Source: a virus. Taken from it: 64,000 nt of DNA. The DNA lies in the IMG/VR virus record IMGVR_UViG_3300029940_000031, one strand, 5' to 3'. Below the pieces are notes generated by a model, which searched no databases, was not told the origin of the DNA, and saw nothing but the letters and a program-made list of their open reading frames with translations. Positions 43,774 through 53,550 of this stretch are shown piece after piece. A program made the position numbers and the translations under genes. Numbering within the stretch: the first letter of the stretch is position 1; each line of letters begins with the position of its first letter.

Positions 43774-45144
43774 TTACTTATTTGGTACTTTTCGTACATC
43801 TGAAATCCATTCTAAAGGCCAGTTTTGTGGAAGTAAAACTTGATCTCCACCACCTTTCAACGTAGTCCCGCTCATTGTGTATTGTTCAGCTACTTTTCCA
43901 AGATTAAGAGTTTCGCCTTCCGGAACTTTAATCGTAGCCTCATACATTCTACTATTTTTCCATTCCGGTAAAAGAGCTGTATCTAGTTTCGCTTGTATTC
44001 GATTTTGAGCGGGGACAGTTGTAGCGAAACCACCGCCTGCATCAGCACTATGCCCAAATGTACGATATAATGTTACCTCTTCATTAGTTTTTACAGTTCT
44101 AAATACTCCATCTGTAAATGAATCTCCAATCCAAGGTGGTAAATTCGCTTTTTCTATTTCAGTTACTTGATGATCGATACTTGTAGCATATTTTTTTATG
44201 TCTGAGGCACGATCAGCTTTTTTAATAGTATTAGCAGCTTCAACTGCATTCGCAGTCATTTTTACCCCTTTGCCAACTTTGGCAATTTTTCCGACTGGTG
44301 TAAGACCAGCTACAGCCATTCCTCCAGCAAAAACCCTTTCCCAAGTGGAAAGTTTTTCGCCAGTAGATGGATCGATACCGTCCCAAGCACGACGAACATC
44401 GTATTCACCACTTATTTCACCAGCAATATCTCTAGCTAATTTTTTACCATCAAATCCTTTTTCCTCCGAAGAAAGTTTACCACACATTGCACCTTCTTCG
44501 ATTGATTTATCAGCCTGACGCTTCCTATCTTCTTCAATCGCTTGAATAGAAGTAGTCCACTCCATATTCAACACTTGCGTACTAAATGTTCCGCTTGCAG
44601 GACTAAATCCTTTGCCACTTTGCACTTCCGCAAGACCTTGTGCGATACTCGCAGCTAGTTGAAGTGCTGTAGCATAGTTATTGCTAGACGCTTGATTAAA
44701 TTCATATAGGTGATTTAACTTTTCTTGAAGTTTGTGTCTCATGACAGTAAAAAGATTCGCCATAGCGTCCATACTTGGCATCGGCATAGCTTGACTGATA
44801 GCTTCCATACTTGCCTTCATTCGGTCAATTTCTCGAATTTGTTCTAATATTTCTTGTTCAATTACATCAGTTGAAGCGACCTGTGATTGAAATTGACTTG
44901 GAAAGGCATCATTCTGATGAATTAGTTCTTCACACAAGTAAATAATCCCTTGGGCTAAGGGACGGAAGGTTTGTACAAAAAATGCTTTGGCACTACTATA
45001 TGTTTGTCCTTGTAGAACAGTATCAATTGCAAAAGCATCAATCGACTGAATAACTTGTTCCATACCTTGAATGGTAGCGGTACATACAGCATTCATATCT
45101 TGTGTTTGTGTATGCACTTCCCCTAAATACATATTTAAACTCAA
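43774..45144 (-). CDS. LXG-domain polymorphic toxin (type VII secretion substrate family)
   Basis: N-terminal LXG-like helical domain (...IDTVLQGQTYSSAKAFF...); pre-toxin TG-like GLTPVGKIAKVGKG; divergent C-terminal about 130 aa toxin module. Confidence 0.75.
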   Translation of the reverse strand: MSLNMYLGEVHTQTQDMNAVCTATIQGMEQVIQSIDAFAIDTVLQGQTYSSAKAFFVQTFRPLAQGIIYLCEELIHQNDAFPSQFQSQVASTDVIEQEILEQIREIDRMKASMEAISQAMPMPSMDAMANLFTVMRHKLQEKLNHLYEFNQASSNNYATALQLAASIAQGLAEVQSGKGFSPASGTFSTQVLNMEWTTSIQAIEEDRKRQADKSIEEGAMCGKLSSEEKGFDGKKLARDIAGEISGEYDVRRAWDGIDPSTGEKLSTWERVFAGGMAVAGLTPVGKIAKVGKGVKMTANAVEAANTIKKADRASDIKKYATSIDHQVTEIEKANLPPWIGDSFTDGVFRTVKTNEEVTLYRTFGHSADAGGGFATTVPAQNRIQAKLDTALLPEWKNSRMYEATIKVPEGETLNLGKVAEQYTMSGTTLKGGGDQVLLPQNWPLEWISDVRKVPNK

Positions 45145-45213
45145 AAATCTCCCCCCCCTTTTTTAAACAAGTAAATCATACCAATTTAAGGAGGAAAATG
45201 TAAAAATATTTTT

Positions 45214-45555
45214 TTATTTAGCATCAATAATATCAATAAATTTCAACGTTATTTTATTATAAAATGCATCCGTACAAATTATAGATTTATTCAACGGATC
45301 AATATCAATGACGGTCATATAGCTAGTAAGTAAAAATCCATCTTCATAATATGTAATCAATATTTCTTCTTCAGAAAGCAGCGAACATAATAGTGTATTC
45401 TCAATAAGTTCTTGTTCATCCTGGGTTAATGTAGGGCGTTCTACTTTTGTCTTGTTTTTAATAATCTCACAGATACCTACGAATTGTTCTGGCATCGCTG
45501 CGAATGGAGTCCATTTAACCATTCCTCTTCCTTTTGGCATATTAGCGTTGTTCAT
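45214..45555 (-). CDS. YolD-like protein
   Basis: PKGRGMVKWTPFAAMPEQF N-terminus typical of YolD-like partners of Y-family polymerases; overlaps the polymerase stop. Confidence 0.7.
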   Translation of the reverse strand: MNNANMPKGRGMVKWTPFAAMPEQFVGICEIIKNKTKVERPTLTQDEQELIENTLLCSLLSEEEILITYYEDGFLLTSYMTVIDIDPLNKSIICTDAFYNKITLKFIDIIDAK

Positions 45556-46817
45556 GATTTATGTCCCCCTAACAATGTGTTTCTGTATCTTGCTGTTGCA
45601 CTATTTGTATACGAAATTCCTCTTAATATGCTGTTCTTACCAAATTTAGTGCGTATTTCGTCCATTACTTTCGTTAGTTTCATTTCTTTTTCTCGTTGTA
45701 TTACATTATAGAATAGTGAGATTTGTTCTTCGCCTTCATGGATTAAGTTAGTTAAAGAAACATTTATGGATCTAATGGGCTCCCCAGTGTAAAACTTGTG
45801 TAAAAAATATGTACAAATCTTATATATATCCATTGTTAAATTGGTCGGTCGGTTCATAGTGTGAGTTTTTCTGAAGCCACCAGAGTAATTTCTGCTATAA
45901 CCAATGGAAAAATGAACAGTTTGAGCTAGTTTGTTTTGCCTTCGCATTCGATAACAAACTTCTTCTATATGCTCCAGTAGAATAATTGGAAACTCTTCTA
46001 TGGTGTAATCGCGCATAAGTATTTGGCTTTTACCAATAGAAGTTGTTGCTGGAACATATTTTTCTGATATACGGCTAAAATCTATGCCGTTGCTATGTAA
46101 GTGCAATTCTTCGCCAATGACCCCGAAGCTTTGTTTTAAGTATTTAAGTGGGTATTGCGCTAAGTCTCCGATTGAATGAATTCCTTTTCGGTTTAACTTC
46201 GCTTCTGTTTTACCCGAAATCCCCCAAAACTTACTAAGTGGTTGTATTGGCCATAATTTTATGGGTACATTTTCGTACTTCCAGTATGCTATGCAATCTT
46301 TCGTTTTCTTCGCTTCTACATCTAAGGCAACCTTGCTCATTAAAGGGTTTGGACCAATTCCTATCGTGCATTCAATTCGCGTCTTAGCATATATCTCTCG
46401 TTTGAATTTCAATGCAAATTCATATGGATCATTAGCAAATAAATGAATACTATCCGTAATGTCCATAAAGAACTCATCGATGGAATATTGGTGAAAATCC
46501 TCAATTGGCACGTATTGTAGGGCCAACTTAGTAATGAAATTAGAACATTTTATGTAAGTACTCATAATTGGATTTATCACAAGGATATCTTTACGACGTG
46601 GTATCTCATACAATCTCGCCATTTTCTTAACGCCTAATGCTTTTAATGGTGGAGTTGCAGCCAAAACAATTGAACCACTCCTATTCACATCACCAACTAC
46701 AGCCAATTTAGTATGAAGTGGGTCTAATCCCATTTTGATGCACGATACACTGGCATAGAACGAACGAAGATCTACACATAAAACAATTCGATTTGGCAAT
46801 ATTGAATAGTCATACAC
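45552..46817 (-). CDS. Y-family (UmuC/UvrX/YqjW-like) translesion DNA polymerase
   Basis: ILCVDLRSFYASVSC active-site start, 421 aa, followed by a YolD-like gene. Confidence 0.85.
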   Translation of the reverse strand: MYDYSILPNRIVLCVDLRSFYASVSCIKMGLDPLHTKLAVVGDVNRSGSIVLAATPPLKALGVKKMARLYEIPRRKDILVINPIMSTYIKCSNFITKLALQYVPIEDFHQYSIDEFFMDITDSIHLFANDPYEFALKFKREIYAKTRIECTIGIGPNPLMSKVALDVEAKKTKDCIAYWKYENVPIKLWPIQPLSKFWGISGKTEAKLNRKGIHSIGDLAQYPLKYLKQSFGVIGEELHLHSNGIDFSRISEKYVPATTSIGKSQILMRDYTIEEFPIILLEHIEEVCYRMRRQNKLAQTVHFSIGYSRNYSGGFRKTHTMNRPTNLTMDIYKICTYFLHKFYTGEPIRSINVSLTNLIHEGEEQISLFYNVIQREKEMKLTKVMDEIRTKFGKNSILRGISYTNSATARYRNTLLGGHKS

Positions 46818-46838
46818 CGTTATTCCCCCTAAATAACA

Positions 46839-46873
46839 GAACGTTAGTTCTTATTATATACGAATGTATGTTC
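46839..46873. promoter_or_regulatory. Two LexA (Cheo/SOS) boxes upstream of the polymerase
   Basis: GAACGTTAGTTC (46839-46850) and CGAATGTATGTTC (46861-46873) fit GAAC-N4-GTTC. Confidence 0.7.
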
Positions 46874-46929
46874 TTTTATGAAGAGGTTTTTATAAAAAAA
46901 TAAAAATAGCCCCACCGGTTTTAGTGAAG

Positions 46930-47160
46930 CTACATCCAAAATTCATTTTCATTTATGTTTTTCCCTAACTTCTTCAATCCCCTTGTTATTTGGGATATAG
47001 TCGAAAATTTAGGTGTGTATTCTTTATCATTACAAACTTTTGAAATAGTACCCCTACTCAACTTAGCAGCCTTCTCTAATTCCCCTTGTGTGATTCCTTG
47101 TTTATCTAACCACTTACCAAATTTACTACGTTTTTTGCCTAATCCAAACACCTTTACCAC
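46930..47160 (-). CDS. Small HTH DNA-binding protein
   Basis: ITQGELEKAAKLSRGTISKVCND HTH. Confidence 0.65.
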   Translation of the reverse strand: MVKVFGLGKKRSKFGKWLDKQGITQGELEKAAKLSRGTISKVCNDKEYTPKFSTISQITRGLKKLGKNINENEFWM

Positions 47161-47450
47161 CTCATGAATAGCTTGCCCTTTTCGTCATTTTTTTAAACAC
47201 GAGAAAAAAACTGACATAAAGACCAAACAGTACACAATACTCTTTACCATACCAAACAAATTACGATTCTCAGTTCCGATTTGATAGCCTGTTAAAACTT
47301 CGTTTCACCTATTCCGAATAGAATACGGTCACAGAATAATACTTTAGACATTGAAAGATTAGTATTTTCAATGATTCATAGCTGTTTTTATCTCTTCTAA
47401 TCTTCAGGGACTATTCTTGCAGAATACAGAAAGAACGGTGGTGTGAGTTT

Positions 47451-48746
47451 GTGATATTTGAGTTAGTTAGTTCAGCTGCTGTCGGTGGTGTAGTCTTTCT
47501 ATCAAAAATGCATCAAAAAGGAGCAACAAATGATGCATCCAAGATTCAAAGGATCTGCGCGAACTGCGGATTAAAAGTAAAAGAAGGGAAAGAGACTAGG
47601 ACTATACAGCTGCTTCGCAAAACGAGGAATAATTGGGGAGTTGAATATGCGTATAGAATACCGCTTGGTCTTAGCTTCTCCGATTTCGAACAAAAAATAC
47701 AACATTTAGAGGATGGATTAAATCACAAGAGCAAGGTTTATGATTTCAAACTACAAGACTTCAAATCTCTTCGACTGCGAAAAGATATCTTAAAACAAAT
47801 ACAAAACATCATAAATAAGAAAAAACTCGTTAGAAAGGAAATTGAGCTGTCTTACGATGGTTTATTAAAAATACGCGTTTATGAGAAAGGAATACCTAAT
47901 TTCGTTAAATTTGTAGAGGATATGATGAGGCAATGTAGAGGTTGGGAGGTTCCGATTGGTTATACGAGGGATGGATTGATAAAACATGATTTTGATCAAC
48001 TAGCGCACATGATATCAGCCGGCATGACGGATATGGGTAAATCAAATGTATTAAAACTTATAATTACATCCCTGGTACGCAACCAACCAGAAAATACAAA
48101 GCTATTCCTTATAGATTTGAAGGGTGGTCTCTCTTTTAACCGTTACAGATTCTTAAACCAGGTCGAATCAATTGCGAAGAATCCAGAGGAAGCCCTAGAG
48201 ACTCTAAGGGAATTGCAAGATAAACTGAATGCTAGAAACGAATACTTACTAGAAAAAGGATACGAAGATATAAAAGAAGCTGGGGATCCAGTACGTTACT
48301 TTGTAATTGTTGATGAAGCAGCCGACATAGCGCCATATCAGGAGTGCAGGGACATCATTGTTGATATAGGGCGTCGTGGCAGGGCAGCGGGATTTCGCTT
48401 GGTGTATGCGACACAGTACCCAACAAACGAAGCGTTACCATCGCAGCTACGACAAAACATTGGCGCTCGTGTTTGTTTTAGATTACAGACAGAGGCAGGG
48501 AGCCGTGCTGTACTTGATGAGGGCGGCGCAGAAATGCTTCCTAACATAAAGGGGAGAGCGATATACCAAACAAATGAGAAGAAGGTCCTACAGACGGTTT
48601 ATATCGATAATAAGCAAATAGATAACATCATAAAGCCACACATTAACATCAGAGCGAGGAAGGAGCATGAAGATGCAAAAACTAGCCATGAAGGAAGCGA
48701 GAACGGAAAGTATACTCTTGAGCTTGAAGAAACTCGGCTTTCTTAG
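47451..48746 (+). CDS. FtsK/SpoIIIE-family DNA translocase ATPase
   Basis: N-terminal TM; Walker A GMTDMGKSN, Walker B FVIVDEAAD; GTG start after GGTGGTG. Confidence 0.85.
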   Translation: MIFELVSSAAVGGVVFLSKMHQKGATNDASKIQRICANCGLKVKEGKETRTIQLLRKTRNNWGVEYAYRIPLGLSFSDFEQKIQHLEDGLNHKSKVYDFKLQDFKSLRLRKDILKQIQNIINKKKLVRKEIELSYDGLLKIRVYEKGIPNFVKFVEDMMRQCRGWEVPIGYTRDGLIKHDFDQLAHMISAGMTDMGKSNVLKLIITSLVRNQPENTKLFLIDLKGGLSFNRYRFLNQVESIAKNPEEALETLRELQDKLNARNEYLLEKGYEDIKEAGDPVRYFVIVDEAADIAPYQECRDIIVDIGRRGRAAGFRLVYATQYPTNEALPSQLRQNIGARVCFRLQTEAGSRAVLDEGGAEMLPNIKGRAIYQTNEKKVLQTVYIDNKQIDNIIKPHINIRARKEHEDAKTSHEGSENGKYTLELEETRLS

Positions 48747-49263
48747 CAGGAAGCAAATCCAAGTACTCCATGACCTTGGTGGTGACAGGAATGCTTCCCG
48801 TGTAATGAAGTCTCTTGAAGAATATGTTTCTAGCTTTAGGGATGGAGAGAAGGTGTATTATCTCAACAAAGAAGGGCGCGAACGTATCGGAAGCAAGAAA
48901 ATACTCAAGCGTTCGAATCAATTTCGCCATTACATTATGAGGAATGATATCTACATCGCTTATGAATGCCCGAAAACGTGGAAGCAGGAAGTGAAAATGA
49001 ATGTGAAAGGTATCGTTTCCATAATTGCAGATGCACTATTCACTGATAATGGCCGTTATCACATTGTAGAAGTGGATCATGAGCAAAAGATGAGCGCAAA
49101 CCGTATCAAGATGCAGAAGTATCGTAAATTGATTGAATGCAATGTGTTTGAGAAGCCACCTAAATTTATTTGGTACACCACAACGGAATATCGCAGAAAA
49201 CAACTCCAGAAGCTTTGTGAGGGATTGGATTGCAACATCTTTACAGTTACTGATTTCCATTAA
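48673..49263 (+). CDS. Replication-relaxation family protein
   Basis: ILLSLKKLGFLSRKQIQVLH...ASRVMKSLEEY...YYLNKEGRE and HYIMRNDIY, as in replication-relaxation proteins paired with FtsK-like ATPases; by recall. Confidence 0.6.
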   Translation: MQKLAMKEARTESILLSLKKLGFLSRKQIQVLHDLGGDRNASRVMKSLEEYVSSFRDGEKVYYLNKEGRERIGSKKILKRSNQFRHYIMRNDIYIAYECPKTWKQEVKMNVKGIVSIIADALFTDNGRYHIVEVDHEQKMSANRIKMQKYRKLIECNVFEKPPKFIWYTTTEYRRKQLQKLCEGLDCNIFTVTDFH

Positions 49264-49282
49264 AAATAGGGAGATGGTCCAT

Positions 49283-49771
49283 ATGGCAGCAGAGACAATG
49301 AGCATCAAAGATTTTATGGATGGCAACTATGGGGCAAAGAAAAAGTGGAGCTTGTTCAAAAAGAAAGCAAAAAAATACGTACCCGTGGCGGCGCGAATAA
49401 GTATTGTGATCGGTAGTGCTATTATATTCAGCAATATTATAGATATTCCGCATGTATTTGCTGACGGTAATAACCCAGACGTGAATGAAGTATTTAAAGA
49501 TGTGCAGTCAAACGATGGGAAGATAAAAAATTATATAGATGGCCAACTGTACAATCGTATTGTGAATGCATTTGAACCAGTCATTTTCTTAATTAAAGCA
49601 GTGTCATATCCGATAGCATCCGTTGTAGCGTTATGCGGCGGTCTATTCATTATGGTTGGTAGCCAGGAACGGGGATTCTCTCTTATATCAAGGGCAGGGA
49701 TCGGATATATAGTAGTCCAAATGATTCCGTTGTTTATGAGATTGCTTGTTGAGATCGCTAAGGCTATCTAG
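49283..49771 (+). CDS. Membrane protein (N-terminal anchor plus two C-terminal TM helices), possible transfer-related
   Basis: GGGAGATGG RBS before ATG 49283; topology reminiscent of VirB2/TcpE-like proteins, weak. Confidence 0.5.
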   Translation: MAAETMSIKDFMDGNYGAKKKWSLFKKKAKKYVPVAARISIVIGSAIIFSNIIDIPHVFADGNNPDVNEVFKDVQSNDGKIKNYIDGQLYNRIVNAFEPVIFLIKAVSYPIASVVALCGGLFIMVGSQERGFSLISRAGIGYIVVQMIPLFMRLLVEIAKAI

Positions 49772-49956
49772 TCCTACTTAATGTAGGACTTTTTCATATG
49801 ATAATAACCATCTATCGTTATTATCAGACAACATATCTTAACTCAACATTCGCAATAAATAGTTTTATGTTTCTAAAATTGTAATATATTTACATTTACG
49901 AAAATCGAAAGTATGATGAAGGTGCAAGCTATAAAACTATTAAAGGGGGATTTTTT

Positions 49957-50388
49957 ATGTTAAAGAAACTAGCAATTGGGGCATTAGCAACTGGGATTGC
50001 TTTATCTGGGGCCGGAGGAGCATTTGCAGCCGAACAACCTAAGGTAGTTGATAAAAAGGTTTCATCCAATTCCATAGCATCGGTTGATGTAGGTAATGGG
50101 CAAACTGACGGAACACTTTATTCTATTAGTGCTTATCGTTTAATTCCAGTAAAAGCTTCGAGTTTAAGTCAAAAATCACTTTCTGTGGATTTATGGGGAC
50201 ACTCAGATACTAAAATTTCTATTTATGAAGATAGCGAGTATGGTAGACTTTTAGGTTCATGGACAATGTCTGAAACACCAAAGACTGTAAGCATTAACCC
50301 TAGTAAAACTTATTATTTACGTATTGGTGTAATGCCATATAGCCAAAATAGTCCGTGGAACTATGTGGTAAATTGGCAATTTAAATAA
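49957..50388 (+). CDS. Secreted protein
   Basis: Signal peptide MLKKLAIGALATGIALSGAGGAFA; terminator follows. Confidence 0.65.
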   Translation: MLKKLAIGALATGIALSGAGGAFAAEQPKVVDKKVSSNSIASVDVGNGQTDGTLYSISAYRLIPVKASSLSQKSLSVDLWGHSDTKISIYEDSEYGRLLGSWTMSETPKTVSINPSKTYYLRIGVMPYSQNSPWNYVVNWQFK

Positions 50389-50480
50389 TTAAGAAAAAGT
50401 CCTGTTTATACAGGGCTTTTTTCTTTGCAGGAATTTGCTACTCATCATGGAATACTCTCACTAGGAGGTGTTGTGACGTT

Positions 50481-51068
50481 ATGACGGACGAAATTGTTTA
50501 TTCTGCTAGTGAAGTATACAAAAGACTAGGAATAAGTGATAGCACCCTTAGAAAGTACATGGAAGTATTACAGCGCGAGGGATTCGCAGTAAAGAAAGAT
50601 AACCGTGGCAGACGCCAATACACAGACAATGACATTATGGTGATTGAGAAATTAATTGAACTGAGTAAGCATGACGGTATGACGCTAGAGAAAGCAGCGA
50701 AGATGATTGCGCAGCAAATAGAGAAAGTTAATCCGGATCTGATTCAAGAAGAGGCTGAAGAAACGGATTTAGTGCCATTCCACATTAAACAGCAATTACA
50801 GGAACAGTACAGCGTTATGGCGCAAGAAATGAATCAGAGTATGTTAGCGATGGAGAAACGATTAAGTGAGCAGGCGAAGCAAAGTAACGAGGAAATCAAA
50901 GCAAGCGTAGAAGCACATAATGAACGAGTGGAAAAACGATTGGAAGCGCGTGATGAGACTTTGATGAAGACATTACGAGAAATGCAGGAAACGAAGAGAG
51001 TGATGCAAGAATTTCGAAATGAGGTTGCTGCAGCGAAAGAGAGGAAGCCGTGGTGGAAGTTCTGGTGA
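50481..51068 (+). CDS. MerR-like HTH protein with coiled-coil tail
   Basis: YSASEVYKRLGISDSTLRKYMEVLQREGF; Glu/Gln-rich helical C-terminus ending WWKFW. Confidence 0.65.
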   Translation: MTDEIVYSASEVYKRLGISDSTLRKYMEVLQREGFAVKKDNRGRRQYTDNDIMVIEKLIELSKHDGMTLEKAAKMIAQQIEKVNPDLIQEEAEETDLVPFHIKQQLQEQYSVMAQEMNQSMLAMEKRLSEQAKQSNEEIKASVEAHNERVEKRLEARDETLMKTLREMQETKRVMQEFRNEVAAAKERKPWWKFW

Positions 51069-51140
51069 AAACAAGGCGGTTCCCTTGTGAGAGTAGGGTT
51101 CCTCTTTGTCTTCGCTACGGATAATGATGCGCTTTGTTAA
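51050..51140. repeat. Cassette-boundary repeat, copy A (intact gene end)
   Basis: GTGGTGGAAGTTCTGGTGA ... GAGTAGGGTTCCTCTTTGTCTTCGCTACGGATAATGATGCGCTTTGTTAA. Confidence 0.8.
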
Positions 51141-51176
51141 AATCAATTTAAATAAAACATTTGGAGGAATGGACTT

Positions 51177-51677
51177 ATGTCTAATGAAGTTTTGCCTTTC
51201 ACAGTAAGACTAGCTACTCCAGAAGATTTTTGGAATATATCAAATATAAACAAGCAAGTTCAACAGTTACATATAGAGGGAAGACCAGATATTTACTCTG
51301 ATACTTCAGCTTCTTTGGATCACAATGCATACGAAGAGTGGCTTAATGATAAAACCATAGAGATATTTGTAGTAGAGGCCAATAATAAAGAGATTCTTGC
51401 TTATTTAATCTTAGATATTAAAGAACCAGCCGAAAATCCAAAGTTAGTTGAGCGAAAAGTACTCTTTATCCGCAATATTGGTGTAAGTGAAATATGTCAA
51501 GGAACAGGAATAGGAAAAATATTAGTACAAAAAGCATTTGAGTATGCTAAAGAAATACAAGCAACAAGTGTAGAATTAAATGTTTTAGAATTTAACAAGA
51601 AGGCTATACAATTCTATGAAAAACTTGGATTTAAAACACAGAGTCGGCAAATGGAATTTGTATTACCTGATGCTTAA
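51177..51677 (+). CDS. GNAT-family N-acetyltransferase
   Basis: RNIGVSEICQGTGIGKILVQKAFEYAK acetyl-CoA motif A; 166 aa. Confidence 0.85.
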   Translation: MSNEVLPFTVRLATPEDFWNISNINKQVQQLHIEGRPDIYSDTSASLDHNAYEEWLNDKTIEIFVVEANNKEILAYLILDIKEPAENPKLVERKVLFIRNIGVSEICQGTGIGKILVQKAFEYAKEIQATSVELNVLEFNKKAIQFYEKLGFKTQSRQMEFVLPDA

Positions 51678-51739
51678 AACTATTTCCTATATCGATAAGG
51701 GAAAAGCCCGATTAAATTAACCGGGCTTTTTTTGATGAC

Positions 51740-52693
51740 TTATTTCGTTATATCAATAGCCTTCATTAGTGGTACGGATATATTCCAACCTGCTTGTGAT
51801 GTATAAGAATAACTTCCTTCAATATTTCCTGTTACTGTAACTATATCTTTTTCAACAAATTCTGTTGGTTTATCGAAGGTTACATAGACAATGTCGTTGG
51901 TGTTATATCCATATGACCTTTTTGTAACAGCTAATCTAATATCAGTTGAACCGCCACTTTCTATGATCTGAACAATTTCACCAGTATATTTCACTAATTC
52001 GTCCTTGTGTCCATCCGGATTTTTCTTTAATTCAGGATAAGAAAGATCTTTTGCTAGTTTCTTTTTTTCTTCAATTTTTACTTTTTCGGCTTCTTCTGCT
52101 GATAGAGCATTTTCAATATTTACTTTTCCAGCATTAATTCCTCTAACTTTAAATCCATTTTCTATCTCTTCTAATTCCCCATTAGATTTATAGTTTTTTT
52201 CGAAATTGTCATAGTCTTTGAATGCATCTAATGCAGCTTTGTTTTCGGCATCAACAGTAAAAGTCATTTTAAAATCATAGTTTCCATTTTTAACAACTTC
52301 ACGTCCTGACGTTTCGGATACATGGTCACCAAATTCAAAATGAAAATTCCCATCATGAACAGTGCTCTCTTTTGACATTACTGCTATATATTCTTTTTCT
52401 GGCTCTTTGATAACACCTTTTGCTTTTGATCCTTCCGGCATATTTGTTTTTACATTTACCGTTAACATTTTAGTTTCTGGATTATAAGAGTATTCGCCTA
52501 CTTCAAAATTAATTGCTTCTTTTTGTGCTTCTTTTTCGGCTTGTTCTTTTTCTAATCTTTGCTCATGTTCTGTCCAAGATTCCCTTTTTTTCTCTTCTGC
52601 TTTTTCTCCATTCCCACAGCCGCTAGCGAAGAGCGATGCAGCAAGAATAATTCCGCCAATTTTATAATGTCTTTTCAATGCACGATCCTCCAA
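51740..52693 (-). CDS. Lipoprotein, unknown function
   Basis: Lipobox LFASGCGNG; 317 aa. Confidence 0.7.
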   Translation of the reverse strand: MEDRALKRHYKIGGIILAASLFASGCGNGEKAEEKKRESWTEHEQRLEKEQAEKEAQKEAINFEVGEYSYNPETKMLTVNVKTNMPEGSKAKGVIKEPEKEYIAVMSKESTVHDGNFHFEFGDHVSETSGREVVKNGNYDFKMTFTVDAENKAALDAFKDYDNFEKNYKSNGELEEIENGFKVRGINAGKVNIENALSAEEAEKVKIEEKKKLAKDLSYPELKKNPDGHKDELVKYTGEIVQIIESGGSTDIRLAVTKRSYGYNTNDIVYVTFDKPTEFVEKDIVTVTGNIEGSYSYTSQAGWNISVPLMKAIDITK

Positions 52694-52853
52694 GATGTTT
52701 TGTAATAAGCTTTTTGTCGTATTATATTATAACAGAAATGTAATATTGTTCAATTTTGTTACTGAGATTCCATTTTTAAGGTGATTAACTTTTCTTTTAT
52801 AGGTAGTCCATCGCTAAATGTCTTCTATTAATGATAATTATTTAAATGAACTA

Positions 52854-52882
52854 GTGGTGGAAGTTCTGGTGAGGGTAAGGAG
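52854..52882. repeat. Cassette-boundary repeat, copy B (orphan)
   Basis: GTGGTGGAAGTTCTGGTGA identical to 51050-51068 but with no gene upstream. Confidence 0.75.
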
Positions 52883-52971
52883 ACCAGGTTAGTTGAATAA
52901 GGAATAATACCATTTTCTTCTATTTGGATATATAATTAATTTGTATTTTATATATAAGTGGGAGGAAATTT

Positions 52972-53442
52972 ATGACTACAAATAAGGACTACATTCGTTA
53001 TATTCGGGAAAAAGTAGGGCACGATTTAATATTTCTTAATTTTGCTGGAGGTATTGTTTATAACGAACGAAATGAAATCCTTTTACAAAAGAGGGGAGAT
53101 AGAAATGAGTGGGGTCTTCCAGGTGGTGCTATGGAACTTGGAGAATCTCTTGAAGAAACCGCTAAACGAGAAATACTTGAGGAGACAGGATTAAATGTTG
53201 AAGTTGAACATCTTATAGGTGTCTACTCTAAATACTCTGGTGAGTTTCCGAACGGAGATAAAGCTCAGACTATCGTTCATTGTTTTCAATGCAAGCCAAT
53301 TGATGGGGAACTTACTACAGACGGTATTGAAACTTTAGATTTAAAATACTTCCCAATAGACCAAATACCGAAATTATTTACAAAACTACACGAAGATGCC
53401 TTAGAAGATTGGCTTTCAAAAAGAAAAGGTGTATTTAGATAA
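52972..53442 (+). CDS. NUDIX hydrolase
   Basis: Nudix box GGAMELGESLEETAKREILEETGL. Confidence 0.9.
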   Translation: MTTNKDYIRYIREKVGHDLIFLNFAGGIVYNERNEILLQKRGDRNEWGLPGGAMELGESLEETAKREILEETGLNVEVEHLIGVYSKYSGEFPNGDKAQTIVHCFQCKPIDGELTTDGIETLDLKYFPIDQIPKLFTKLHEDALEDWLSKRKGVFR

Positions 53443-53550
53443 AAAGACTTTCAAATTAATTATTCATAATATTTAACCAACTGGCGCTTTAATTGAACAA
53501 GAAAATAAAAACTTTTAACTTCCCCTAAAGATAATTAAGTTAATGATCTA

